From positions 11,904,001 to 11,968,000 of the forward strand of contig NC_081331.1 in NCBI RefSeq assembly GCF_022539665.2: a stretch of 64,000 nt of DNA, in the 5' to 3' direction. The DNA comes from Daphnia carinata. Taxonomy: Eukaryota. This document shows, in pieces, positions 1-13,140 of the stretch. How positions within the stretch are numbered: the first letter of the stretch is position 1; every line of letters begins with the position of its first letter. The notes beneath the pieces were generated by a model. That model was not told where the DNA came from, did no database searches, and saw only the letters and a list, made by a program, of their open reading frames with translations. The translations under genes and the position numbers were made by a program.

Positions 1-45
1 ATAAGAAGGAAAAAGAAGAAGAAGAAAAAGCCAACCGACGACGCC

Positions 46-1084
46 ATGTTTCACCGCAAACGACATCACCACCACCAGCCGCAACATTCGCGTCCGGCCG
101 TTGCCAGCCGACAAACGGAAGGCAACGACACGAACTCGGCTGAATTGAAACGACACTCTGAACCGGCGTCTGTTGGTGTTGATATTGAGCCGACAGAGTC
201 GCCATCGTCGTCGTCCTACTCGTCGAAGAGCGGCCAGATTGAACCCACGGATTTAGGTGCCGAATTGTCGGCCTTCCGTCGAAGATGCACCAGCCCCGTT
301 TGCGCTACGACCGTCGAAATGGCTGCCGGTATGGTGGAAGGCTTCCGCCTTCCGGACCACAGTCCGAGCCCAGTGCGTAAACAGCATGGCACGTGCGTAC
401 CTGGGCGGAGCCTTTCTGCGGCCTCGCCTGAAAATAACAACACGCACACCTCACTCACGTCTTCTCCGTCCAGTTTGACTGGGCTCTTTCGGCGCAAAAG
501 AAGTCCGATGGACCTCTCGTCGCAGAGTTTTCATTCGAAATCGTCGTCGTCTCCCATTGCGGCTCAAAAGCCATCGGCTCCGCCTAAACCGCAGAGATTG
601 AACGCTCACGGCAGTAGTGCTGGTAGTGGTGGACCTATGGAACCGAAAGGCCGCAGTCTTAGCCCCATGCCATCGGGCAACCTTCTGGCTGCTATGATGA
701 TGAATTCAATCCATTCAGCAGTGCTGGACGTTGGCCAGTCAGCCAGCGAACGCCAGTCGAGGAAAGCGAATAGTGCGTCGCATCAAAACCAGGAGCAACA
801 TTATCTACAGCAGCAGCCTTTGCCTCATTTGGTTATCAATGCCAAGTCGTCTGAATGCTTGGCCATCAGTAGCGAACCGACTTCACCATTTGCCGATCCC
901 AGGCAAAAATTTTTTTTTTCTTGTTTCAAATTTTCTTTTTTTTTTTTTCTGTTTTATTTCACCTTAAAAAAAATCCAGCTCAAGAGTAAAAATCGCTAAA
1001 AATTCTGGCAGACAGCCGGCCTTTTGTTGACCGGTTGTGACGGAACGGGACGGGAGTGCTGATAGCGCGGGCGCGTTCGATCTT

Positions 1085-1123
<39 letters not shown>

Positions 1124-1509
1124 CGCGTCCGTTATGGCCGCACCGTTCTTTATCGCTTTCGGCCTGGCATTTATCCTTGTCTTTTTCTTTCTTCTCTCTG
1201 TTTCTCTTTCTCGCACTCTAGCCTTGTCTCTTTTTTTTTTTTTTTTTTTTTGATATCTTAAATCTACAGTAAAGGAGTCAGTCACATAGAGTGAAAACAA
1301 GTCAAAAAGAGAATGGAAAACATTTTTTTTTTTTTTTTTATTTTATTATTCATTTTTTTTTTTTCTGGCCACCATTCTCTCGCGTCTCGATTTAATCTCT
1401 CTTTATCATCGCTCAGTCACAGTCTGGTTTCGGTGCGTGCCTGACTTGTACTTGTGTGGGCATTAGCGTGTCTGTGTGCCTGAATCTCTCAACGTTCTTT
1501 TTTTTTGTG

Positions 1510-1575
<66 letters not shown>

Positions 1576-2395
1576 AACGCGCACCGGATTTCTGTGATGG
1601 TAAAAACATGATCGGCTATTTGAATCGAAACTATTTTTAAGGAATACGTTTTTGTTTTTTTTTCAGAAAAAAACTTTGGATACAGTGACTAAGTGGATGA
1701 AAAATAGTTGTGTTTTGTGGTCTTGATTTTATTTTGTGATTTTTTATTATTATTCCAGTTCCGGTGCATCCAACTTTAGTAAAAAGAAAGTCAGCCGTTC
1801 GGAGAGTCTGCGCGAGCGGGCACAGAGGGTAAGAGAATCAACACGTTGAATTTGATTTGTTTCGCACCTTTCATTTTGAGGTGATCGATTGATTGAATTT
1901 CTTTTTTTGTATGATTTTGCACTTGTCTAGAAACACCGGGAAAAACGGAAACACAGCGACCCGAATCTTCCACCATCCCATTCCAGGTGAGTCATTTTTT
2001 TTTTTATGGATCCTCCCTTTTTCTTTTCTCTTGCTGCTAGTCTTCCATGTTGCTGAGGGGCTGAATTCAGATGCCGTCTGATTTGTTATTCATGAGCCTT
2101 ACTCATAGTCGTACTCGTCCAATCAGGAAATCCCAACTGGGTTCCTATTTTGCATTATGACCAAGGATCCATCACGATCCAAATCCCACCTGTTCTTTTT
2201 TCTTTCTCTTGTTGCTGCATTTTTTTTTTTTTTTGTTGAACGAACTTTCCATTTATTCCTACTCGTAATTCTAATAGAAATGAAAGCTCATTGAACGGTT
2301 TGATTAACCGATAGATGGTGCGTACATCCTCTTGGTGGATATTTATAACTAGCGTATAGTAATCCTCGCTCTGTCCCCGACCCAGAAAAAAAGGC

Positions 2396-2437
<42 letters not shown>

Positions 2438-5400
2438 CTGACAAGAAATCATAAAAGGGGAAACAAATGATTATCTTATCGGCGCGCTCATATGGGGGCC
2501 TTCCGTTTGCCCGATGTCATGTCCTAACGATGTTGTATATGCACCCGTGTATATTTAGACTAGCGAACCGGCGCGTTATTGACGTGAAACGACGTCACTG
2601 GCTCTCTCTCTCTCTTTCTCTCTTTTTTTTTCTTCTTTTTTCTTTCTCACTTCCCCCTTTTTTTTTTTTATCCCTCATTGAATATTCAAATTTCTTGGAC
2701 GATGAGAGCTTGCGGCTGTTTTCCGAGATACTGCAAGGTAACCGCCATTGCCGTTCGTCCCGATGAACCGAGGGTCATCGTGTGACACAATATCGTTGTG
2801 AACGCGAGTGTGAGACAGAAAAGAAAGGGCGGGGGAATGAAATTAATTCAATTTCTTAACCGGGATTTTCAACGAGTGCCAATTATTTCTGATTATTCAC
2901 GATTTTTTTTTTTTTTTGGTTTAATGAGAAGCCTCACGAGAGAAGAGATTGTCGTATTTTTATGCGAGTTCACCGAGTCCAGATTCCGCCGTGCCACTTA
3001 ACCAGATTCCAAAGTGGTTCTCCTCCGCCGCCTTTCAGAACGAAACAACAACAACAAAAAAAAAAAAAAGCGAAAATTTGTGACTCACGCCGTGAACCCA
3101 GTTCCACACCTTTCTCTCTTGCTCTTTTTCTTTCTTGCTGTCTCTTTCGTTCTTTCGCTTTCCTCTCACGCCGTCTTTAAAAAAAATCCATTTCTCCCGT
3201 CTGTGCACAAGAGAATGGATGAACAAGGATCTGGCTGTCTTTTGTATTCGTTTCTTTTTTTTTTTTCTCTCTCCCTTTCTCAAAAAGGCAAAAATGTAGA
3301 CAACCCACATCGACCAACAAGAACATGTTTGATCAAGTTTTAGCTGCTAGAGCGTGAAGTTTCATCGCTCGGTTGCTGCTATTGATTAGGGTGCGAATAA
3401 GCTGGGCTTTACTAGTCGAATTGTTGTGATTTGTTTGGACAAGTATTCCGTAAGGTGGCCAAGAACTGTCGTCGAAAGGCGAGGAGTCGCATAGCGCGCA
3501 CTTCAGCAGACCAAAGCTGAATGCTGGACATAAGTCGCTATTGAAGAAAGAAAAGTAGGAAAACGAAGAGAGAGGGAGAGAGAGAGAGAGGCAAAAGTAT
3601 ACACACATGCACGCACACACGTACATACACACACACACACGACAGAGTGGGTAAAAAAGAGAGACAGAAAGGCAAAGGAACCTTTTTTGAGTTTTTGGCT
3701 TTTCTATATTTACGCTTCCTCCTTGCTTTTTCGTTCTTGAGAAGGATAGTGGGGGCGTCTGCGGAATGGGGAGGAGATCTTATGGGTGGGCCGCTCCCTT
3801 TGCTTGCTAGGAGCTAGGAAGAGATGCTCGATTCTCCTCTCTTTTCTCGTATTCTCTTTCGTCTCGTTTTTCCTTTCTTTTCGTCCTCCACTCTTTACAT
3901 CTGCGTTCCGTCTTTTCTGGAGGTCTTCGTCATGTCCTTTGGCACGGGCTCAGTTGTCGCCGGCTTATCCACGCATCCGCACGCGTCCATTTCCCACTGC
4001 ACACTCGTTTCGGGGCTTGTTTTTGTTGTTACAACTGCCGAGTTTCTCTTTATTGTGAAGAGAATTAGATATCCACTTGGTTTTTTGTCAGTGCATAATT
4101 GTCTTCAGTTTGGAATCCGCACCGTTCAGCCCGTGCCAGTGTCAGTTGAGCTCATTTTCCCGTCGTAGTTCGAATGCAAAATGTGAACAGACTCTATCGT
4201 CAGGTGCAGTTGACCATGTCGACCTAAAAATTCGAACGGGTCTCGATTGCGTTCAATTAGCCACAGGATCGAACTGCTTTGCGAAAGCTATTACGTTGTA
4301 TTGAGTGCGTGTCGCCACCTCTTGCGTGTTGACATCAGAAAAACATGGCCGTCTCACTCGGAGTCGAAAGACGCAGTTCCGGACGGACTATGAGCCCACG
4401 CAGTCTGGGCAGCGTCCTAGTGGATCGTATGGCGTCGTTTCGTTCGGTGGATCGAACTGTTCCGTCATCGGTTGTTGCACCCGTAACCAATAATCCTGAT
4501 GAGGTCATGAAGGAGGCCAGAAGATGCCTCTCGGAAAGGTTGTTTTAGTTAGTCGTCTTTTCACGTATCCCTTTATTTTATTTTTTTTTTTTATTCTTCT
4601 CTCTCTCTGGTTGCGTGTTTTGTTTATTCTTTTTCCTTTCTGTCTGGTCTTCTACTTGATTCGCCATTTTGTCCCTCCGGCGGCAGGATCGCACGAATGT
4701 TTTGATCGCCGTTCTTTGATGGATCGGTCTTGTGGATGTGCGGCCACGCGTATCAAACCCTTTCGTTTTCTGCGTCCTTTTCTTGTTGTTGTTGTTGCTG
4801 TTGTTGTTGTCTGTCTTTGTCTGTCTTTGTTTTGATTTCCTCAGGATATACTATCGTATAATGGGACCGTTTGAAGTCACACCGACAAGACGCGAGTTGC
4901 CCTGCGCAGCGCCCCAATGGTTTCCCCATTTTGTTTTGGTCTTTCTTACATGTGTGTTTTTGTGCGCGTCGTTCATTGAACCATCACGAAACCGAGAGGA
5001 TCATGTGCGGAAGAAGAAGAGGGAACCCTTTCTTTTTCTTTCGGGATATAAAATCCGTTTCTCGCGTCCGTGCCTAATCGGTCCATCGTTACGAATCGGT
5101 GACACATCGAATTCCATTTAAGAATCGCATGAGGAAAAGGTTGTCTGAAGATTCATCATGTCCCGATGTAAAGATCCGTGTTTGAGCAGCGAAGGTGAAA
5201 AAAGCCAAGGGCAAATGGAAGATTTTGAAGCCCGTGAAAGGGAGGGGAAAAAAATACAAGCGTAAGAATTGATGGCCAAATGACATCACTTTGGGTGAGC
5301 AATCGCAGTCCATACTTGGGTGGGCTATTGGTGATCGCTGGGATGCCTTCGACGCCTCCGCGCGTCATTACCATCTTTTTGGCTCCATGGTCGGACCCCT

Positions 5401-8400
5401 TACGCGTCGTTGATGCCGTAACATTTGTAACGAACTGTTTTTTATTTTTTAAGATTAGGGAAAAGCCCACAACAATTCGTTAGATGGCGTTGTTTTGAGA
5501 TCAAGGAAACCATTTTCTATTTGTATGTTGTGGACTTGTAACGTATCTCCTATTGTTGATATCGTTCGAGAGAAAGAGGGTTCTCTGATAAAGCTGTCAA
5601 ATGATTTCGAGATGGCCGTTTACGACACGATAGGGGGCGATGATGTGGAGGGGGCGAGCGTGGGATGAAGCAGAAGAAAAAGAAACAATCACGTAGGCAC
5701 ACATCCATGAAAAGCTGGGAGAAAAGACCAAGAAAGAGAATGAGAGGGTAAAGCCTTTTTTTTTTGCTTGATCATCGAGTCCCAAAATAGTTCCGCCCGA
5801 ACGACGCCTTTTTTTTTTTTTTCCCCTCTCCTCCCCTCTGTTCACTGGTCGAGATGGCTGGACAAGAGGCTGTAGCCGCATCGGCTATCAAGAATGAGAA
5901 AAAGAGAAAAATAAAAGGAGACAGTGAAAAAAAAAAATATATATATATATATATGTATATATAAAAGAGAGGAGAAGAAGAGCGCAACTGTTTGGCCGCC
6001 AATTAAAGTCACGTTTCAACTGTTCAAACAAAAACAACATCGTCTGGAACACGGAATAAGGGGACTTGATACTACTTAATGCAGTCTCGGAAAATGCCAG
6101 CAGATAAAAGCCATACACTTAGTGGCTACTCTGTTTGTGATGAAATGAATTGAGATAACACGTCCCGATTTCGACCTAATTCATGAGCTAGTAAACGCTG
6201 TCTCAACGGGTAATACTGGAGGACTGTTGGAAACTACGGTACCTTGACCCAATATGTAGTGGAGGGGAGCGGCTTCGCAAGGTTTTCCTTTTGTGGATTT
6301 CATTGTACAACGCCATTTTTCTTTCGCTGAATGCACACCCAACATATTCCAGTCAATTAGTCATCTTCTCGCAAAACAACTGGAAAACTATTGCCTTGAC
6401 TTGAATTCCATTGATTGATTCGTTTTCTTTGTCGTTTCTCGTTTTCCCTTTCCCGCAGTGACATGGATCGCGAAGACCGGAGCTTATCCAACAACAACTC
6501 TGGCAGTTCGTCCAACTCGAGTCTCTCCACTAGGTAAGAAACATTCCGAGCGCTTTTTATATAAATACAGTTTAACCTTGCCGTTTAATATGTATAAATA
6601 TATCGTGCGCACACACACTGGCCCGTACGGCCTCGACCATAAATCGCCAGTCCCGTTGACAACAACTTGGCCGATTTTTCGTTTGCATCGCAAAGTTGGC
6701 GTGAAAAATCATTTTTTTAAACATAACAAATTAAAAAAAAAAAAAAAAAAAATAAGAAGAAGAAAGTTTAAATGAATAAGTAATACTAATTTTAAAAAAT
6801 TACCAAAACTTACGAAGAGTTTAGCATGTCGAATAGATAAAACAAAGAGTGTAGGAGAAAAGCAAAGAAAAAAAAGAAATAAAATAAAATAAAATAAAAT
6901 AGAAAGACGGGGGAGGTCCGGGTTTTCTGAAACTTGGCGAAGAGCTCATTCAACTTCACCACCAACCCATATTCAAGAATAGATTCCGAGCTGTGCGGTT
7001 CCGTGACGCTCGAATACTCTTTTACAGGTGGCTTCCACCGCCACGACACAATCTGTTTCTTATATCGTTTGTGGTATTCCTTCAATTTTTAATGGTGTCT
7101 GCGCTTTTGTTTATTACGTTTTTAGTTTGGAGAGTCCGAGCCCGTCCGACATCCGCGTTTCGGGTTCCGCCTTATCGGATGGCTCGTCGGGTGTATCTGC
7201 CGCCTTGTCCGTGGCCAGCGCTGGTGGAGTGCTAACGCCGTGGGACAGCGACCTCGAAGCGGATCCCGATCCGCCCGACTGGACGCGCAACTTGGATCCC
7301 GACGTCGTAGACAAGATGACGCCCAAGGAGAAACAAAGACAGGAAGTCATCAACGGTAAATAATCACGCCACTTTGTGTGCTTGTTTTCACCTGTTACAC
7401 GAGCGAGAGGTTAAGAGTTCCCTCCGAGTACGGCACGCAGTCCGAAATGTGTTCTTTTTTTGTTTTGTTTCTGGCTTATTATTAATATTGATTATTATTA
7501 TTTTGGTACGCAAAGCCTGGCGGGGAAGGGTTGTCAAGAAAATTGATGTGCCGAAATGTTGGCAAATCGTATGGTCATCCGGTATCTAAAATTAGATCCG
7601 TCTGTGGAACGTAAATAGGGAAAGTCCGCAACGTGTTTGCGATTTCACGCTGCGCTTTGACCCGACTCTTTGCGGGGCGAATAGATCATCATCGTGATTT
7701 TGTTTTGTTTTGGTTTGTTTTTAAATTGTGTCTTGTTTGACAGAACTCTTCCACACGGAAAGAAGTCACGTTCGCAACCTGAAGGTTCTTGACCGGGTGT
7801 TTTACCGTCCCCTGCTGGACAACGGTTTCAGTGACCTCGTTAATCTGCTCTTCCCCAATTTGCCCGACATGTTGGAAATCCACGGCCGCTTCAACACGCT
7901 GATGAAGGCGCGCAAAAGAGACCAGCCGGCCGTTGAAACGGTTGGTGATATCCTGGTAGCCATGGTAAGGATTTTCACTTTTTCCCTTTTGACTTCCGGT
8001 CGGGGAAATCCCGATTGATCATCTGGTTCAACTGCCTCCCGTTTGTTTTAAAACAATAAAACGCTGGACTAACGATTTGTTTTTCATTTGGCAACAGTTT
8101 GACGGACCCAACGGCGAAGCGTTCCAGCAAGCTGCCGCCACCTTCTGCAAGTACCAGTCGGTCGCGCTGGAGAGTTTGAGGGACAGGCGCAAAAAGGACT
8201 CGAAACTCCAGGTGCCTCATTTATCCATTGCAAAATGATGGCGTCCAATTTAAAAAATCGCAGTACACTCCGAACAATCATTTAATCGTCGTGTGTGTTA
8301 ATAGGCGTTTTTGGCCGAAGCCGAAGGCAATCCCGTTTGCCGGCGGCTCCAGTTGAAAGATATCATCCCGACGGCCATGCAGCGATTAACCAAATACCCG

Positions 8401-11400
8401 CTGTTGCTGGAAAGCCTGGCCAAGTACACGCAGCCACGCAGCGAAGAAATGACGCTGGTGCGCAGGTGTCTGGAACGATCGCGGGAGATTCTTAACAAAG
8501 TCAACCAGGCCATCAAGGAGGCCGAAAATTACAACCGACTGGTGGATATCCAGCGTCGGCTGGACAAGTCGGCTTTTGAAAAGTCTGACCACGCCATCGC
8601 CAACGAGCTCAAGGTATTATTAATTTTTATTTATTTATTCTAATCGTTATTTGTTCTTTTGAGGGACACGAACCGATGATGGAATGATAGAATTGTGATA
8701 AATCTTTCTTGTTTATTCATCGTACCGATATCTCCGCTACAAGATTTTTGTTTGGTATTTCAGAATTTTGAGCTGACGAAGCACCGTCTCATCTACGAGG
8801 GCGCTCTCACGTGGAGAACAAAAGGACAAAAGAATGTCGACCTTCACGTCGTCCTCTTGGAGGAGTACATCCTCTTGCTCCAGAAGCAAGATGACAAGTA
8901 CGTGCTGAAATTCCACAGCATCAACTACCTGAACTCCAAGGAGGAATCCAAATGTACTCACAGTCCCATCATCAAAATCGCTACGGTCCTCGTCCGGCCC
9001 GTGGCTACAGGTGAGATCACGTCCATGCCTTAAGCCTTGAAACAATGCAATGCCGAGTGTTGGGTGGCGAAGAAGAGTATGAGAGGGTTAGAAATGAAAA
9101 GAAAAGGATTTTGTCAACTCCTTTTTGAACAAAAATCGGATATCTCTATTGTTTTGTTGTTTTGCTTTTGCTTTTGCTTTTGCTTTTGTACTTTGGATCT
9201 GTCGCTTTTCCCAACTAACTGGAATTCCGATCTTCCTTGCAGACAAACTGGCCCTGTATTTGGTCAACACGTCGCCGACGGGAGCTCAGATTTATGATCT
9301 TGTGGCCGTCTCCATCGCCGAGAGGAAAGCGTAAGTCTGAATTATTTCTTTACTTCATTGAAATTGAGTGGTTGTTGGTCCTTTTTTTCATCCCGATGCG
9401 ATTTTAGCTACGAATGTCTCCGCATCGAAATTCCATATTAGTTTCGCTTGGGTTTCAAGGCGACGCACGTACCCACGCACAAAACTGTTCATTTTTTTTT
9501 TTTTCTTTCCTTTCTTCCCTCCAATGAGAATGATTCACGAACAAGAAAATAGTGAGGAATATAAAGTTCATTGGACCGCAACCGAAGCTCTCGGGATATT
9601 TATTGCTTGTGCGTGGAAATTGTTGTTTTTATAGCCACCCCATATTTATTTTTATCTCTTTTCTCCATCGTGTGTAAACGGAAAACACCGTTGGATACGG
9701 TGGACTCTGGGGGGTGGGAAGGAGTTGCGAAGGAAAGCCGAGCTCCGAAGAAAACATCGTCAGCTCGCTTTGATGGTATGGCCTTTTCGTTTCAGGTGAA
9801 GTGAGGGTCGGTCAATGTGGGTCGTTTTCAAACGCGAACAAGGCATTTCGCAAGAACTCACCTTGAAGGATTCCCAATTTCGAATGCAAACAACGTTTCC
9901 GCTACTATTAAACGAGGCATTGTCGTACAGGGCGTCACTAATCTGCAGTGATATCCCGCACCCAGACGTCGACACTTTTGTGCGTAATTAAAATTATTTT
10001 ATTTACTGGCGGATTTCCGGCAAAATCAAAGTGTCATCTAAAAGAAACAGGCCCCAACGAGTAACAATTTCAAATGAACAATAAAGAAAAGGGAAAACAA
10101 AACAAGGTTAAACGAAACGTTTTATTGGGGTTGCTCTGTGTACTTGGTATGTTGACAAAGGAAAGAACGGCTTTCAGTTTCTGTATTTATACACCAACAG
10201 ACGCTACGTGATTAGAAAGAACGCAGTTCCGGAAGAAAACAAAAAATATCGCGTAGGTTAGGTTAACATCGTTGGATAAAAGCGGCTCAACAGCATTCCA
10301 AAAACTTGTTATTTTGGCTTCTCCTTCGTGAGGCAAAGACACGATATGCTTCTCGTCTTCCGTCCCCGTCATGATGGATCGATTCTGTCTGAAAGTCTTT
10401 TTCTTTTTCTTTTTTTTATTATTATTATTTTCAAACTAACTATGATGGTACACGCAATCATCCTTCTTTCGCCCTCTCTTTCTCATCTCTCTTTCTCGCT
10501 CTTTTCATCTCCAAGTCCTTGCGTAGCTTCGTCTCTTTTGCCTGTTTTCATCGAATCACGGTTTATTCTGATGAAATTTGAAGAGCCTGTCTGTGTCTGC
10601 TCGCGTGGAATGACGCCATCCTACCACCGCCAAGGCCGACCTTCCGTTTTGACCACCCGTAGCCACTTGAGCAATTTTTGCACCTCTGCATTTTTTCGCT
10701 TGGATCGAACCGTAGTGAAATCGATATGGTATAACTCAATTACCGAAAGAAAAAGAAATAGGAATTTCACGATTTTCCTTGGGTTTCTTTTCATTTCTTC
10801 CTTGATTTGAAGAATGTCTTTGATTTACCATATTGTCGTGTTCTTTTAAAAAACCGAGGACTGAAAAAAAAAAAAAAAAAAAGAGAGAGGATATGGAGGT
10901 AGCTAGTTGGCAAACGAAGGGCGTATCAACTATTAAGGTCGTTTCAGGATCAAGCGCCGTTTTGGTGCTGTGTGTGTGTCCCCGATTCTCAAACTCACGC
11001 ACAAAGCCGTAAGCGGAGTTTTCTGTCTTGTGTGTCTCGCAATGTCTTGCTGCGTACGAAATAACAGAGGCTGGCGTAGGAGGAGCTTAGTAGCCGGAAT
11101 AGTGGAGAGAAAAAAAAAAAAGAAGAAGAAGAAGGGGACTGTGTTGAAGAAGTGGGGAAAAGACAAAAAAAAAAAAATGAGGAAGAAAACGGGAAGAGGA
11201 ATACAGTATATAAAAATAAAAACCATTGATGAAGCAAAGGGCGGAACGAAACAGGAAACTCACAACTTGGAAATAGAGAGGAAAAGAAAGAAAGAGAGCT
11301 TTAGCTGTTGTATCGTGTTGCTCGGAGATGTCTTGCGCCATTGTCAAGTCAGACGGCTTCAAACGAGGAAACGTTTCCAACGGTCAATTCGAAAAGCGAA

Positions 11401-13078
11401 ATCAGTTACACAAACGTCGAGTTGTGTGTTCCTTAATGCTGGCCAGTTAATCGATTTCTCCCTCCCCCCTCTCCTCTTTTTGTTTATTGGTTGATTTTGA
11501 TTTGCATTTCTTTGCAAGTTGGAACTGTATTCGGTGTTTGTGTGTCAAGTGCTGATCCGGTTGCATCAGATTTTCATTTTTTTTTTTTTCGCCAATGCCA
11601 AATAGCCACTTTCGGATTGGTTCAAGTCTGCGGGATTGGTCGGGAGTGATAGCATTCATTTGAAAGAAGGATACGAAGAAGGGGGGAAAAAATAAAGATA
11701 AAAAGTGAAGGAAGAAAGAAACAGAGAAAGAAAAGAAAGGAAGAACGAAGGGGGGGGGGAAATAAAAATCGGGTCAAGAACTTGGGAAGTTTAGCCGTCC
11801 CGCGTGAACCGCCGTCTTCTCAGAGTCGTTCCGCACGACACTGGAGACGCAACGTTTTTCGCCAGCGTTTGTGCCATTGCCTTTTAATTGTTTGTGAAAC
11901 TGGAGAAAAGTGTTTAAGAGATTTTTTTCCTTTCGAATTTCCACCATTTGAATCAAGTCGGTGCGAATGCATTGTGCGCAGTGTGTGTGTGTGTGTGTGC
12001 CTCCGACGTAGATCGTAATTTCATCTCCCCCCCTCTTTTTTTTTTCTTCTTTTTTTCTCACTTGTTTTTATTTGAAACAAAAATTTAATTTCCCTTCTTT
12101 TTTGCACCGGCGTTTCGCCTTCTCGTTTTTCCTTATTGTGAGATTGTATGTCATGCGATATCCAAGTGAGGGAATCACGTCTGCAGAAAATTGCAGCTCG
12201 ACTGTTGATACATCAATGAGAAGGCAGTTTATTGTGCGCATGGATGTCCGGCTGGGGTAGCGACTAGCTGTCACCTGAGATGCCACTCCTCGTGTTGACG
12301 TAGTGAAACAATAAGCAAACGAAAGAGACAATCTCTGACGTTCTTTGTACTATCTATTTCGCCACAAACGTTGCGGGGGGAAGTGAAGGAGATTCATTTA
12401 AACCTTTGGCATTCCGCCACCAAAGTCGTATGTGTCTGCATGTGTGTGTGCGCGCGCGCGGCTGCTTTACGCGCAACTCGATTGTGTTGCAACGTCCTTT
12501 CAAAACGTGTTAACTTTGTCTTCTCGTCTGGCATTCCAAGAAGTGATCGTGCCGACGAATAATTCACGTTGACGATGGAAACTTGCTTACAGTCTCGTGA
12601 TTGAAAGCACCTCTGTTCCCTCTTTTTAAGAAAATTTAAAAAAACAAAACAGAAGAAGAAGAAGAAGACGAAAATTGCGTGATGGATATCCTGCGTGATT
12701 TACGACGACGATCACTCCAGTTGGACAGCGGCGACGTTGAACGTTTCCGCTCGCCCAGCGAGCGTCGCGGAAGCATGGCCGGCGATAGTCTATCAGCCGC
12801 CGAAAAGAAAAACCATTCTTCCAGCGGCGGATTACTTCACAGGTTTGGGGAAGCAAAAAAAAAAAGAGCAAATTTGAGTAAATTTCTAGAACACAAGTGG
12901 TACAGACAAAAAATTAAGCAAAAAAGAATTAAAATCAAAAGGTTTTCTCTATCGTTCCCACCCACCCCTCATATGGTTTTGAACAAACTGGCTTATCTTG
13001 TCCCGTCTTTTTGGTCCATCTAAGGCGAAACATTGGCCATTTCCCGAGCGACTCTGATAAAAAAAAAAAAAAAAAATA

Positions 13079-13140
<62 letters not shown>

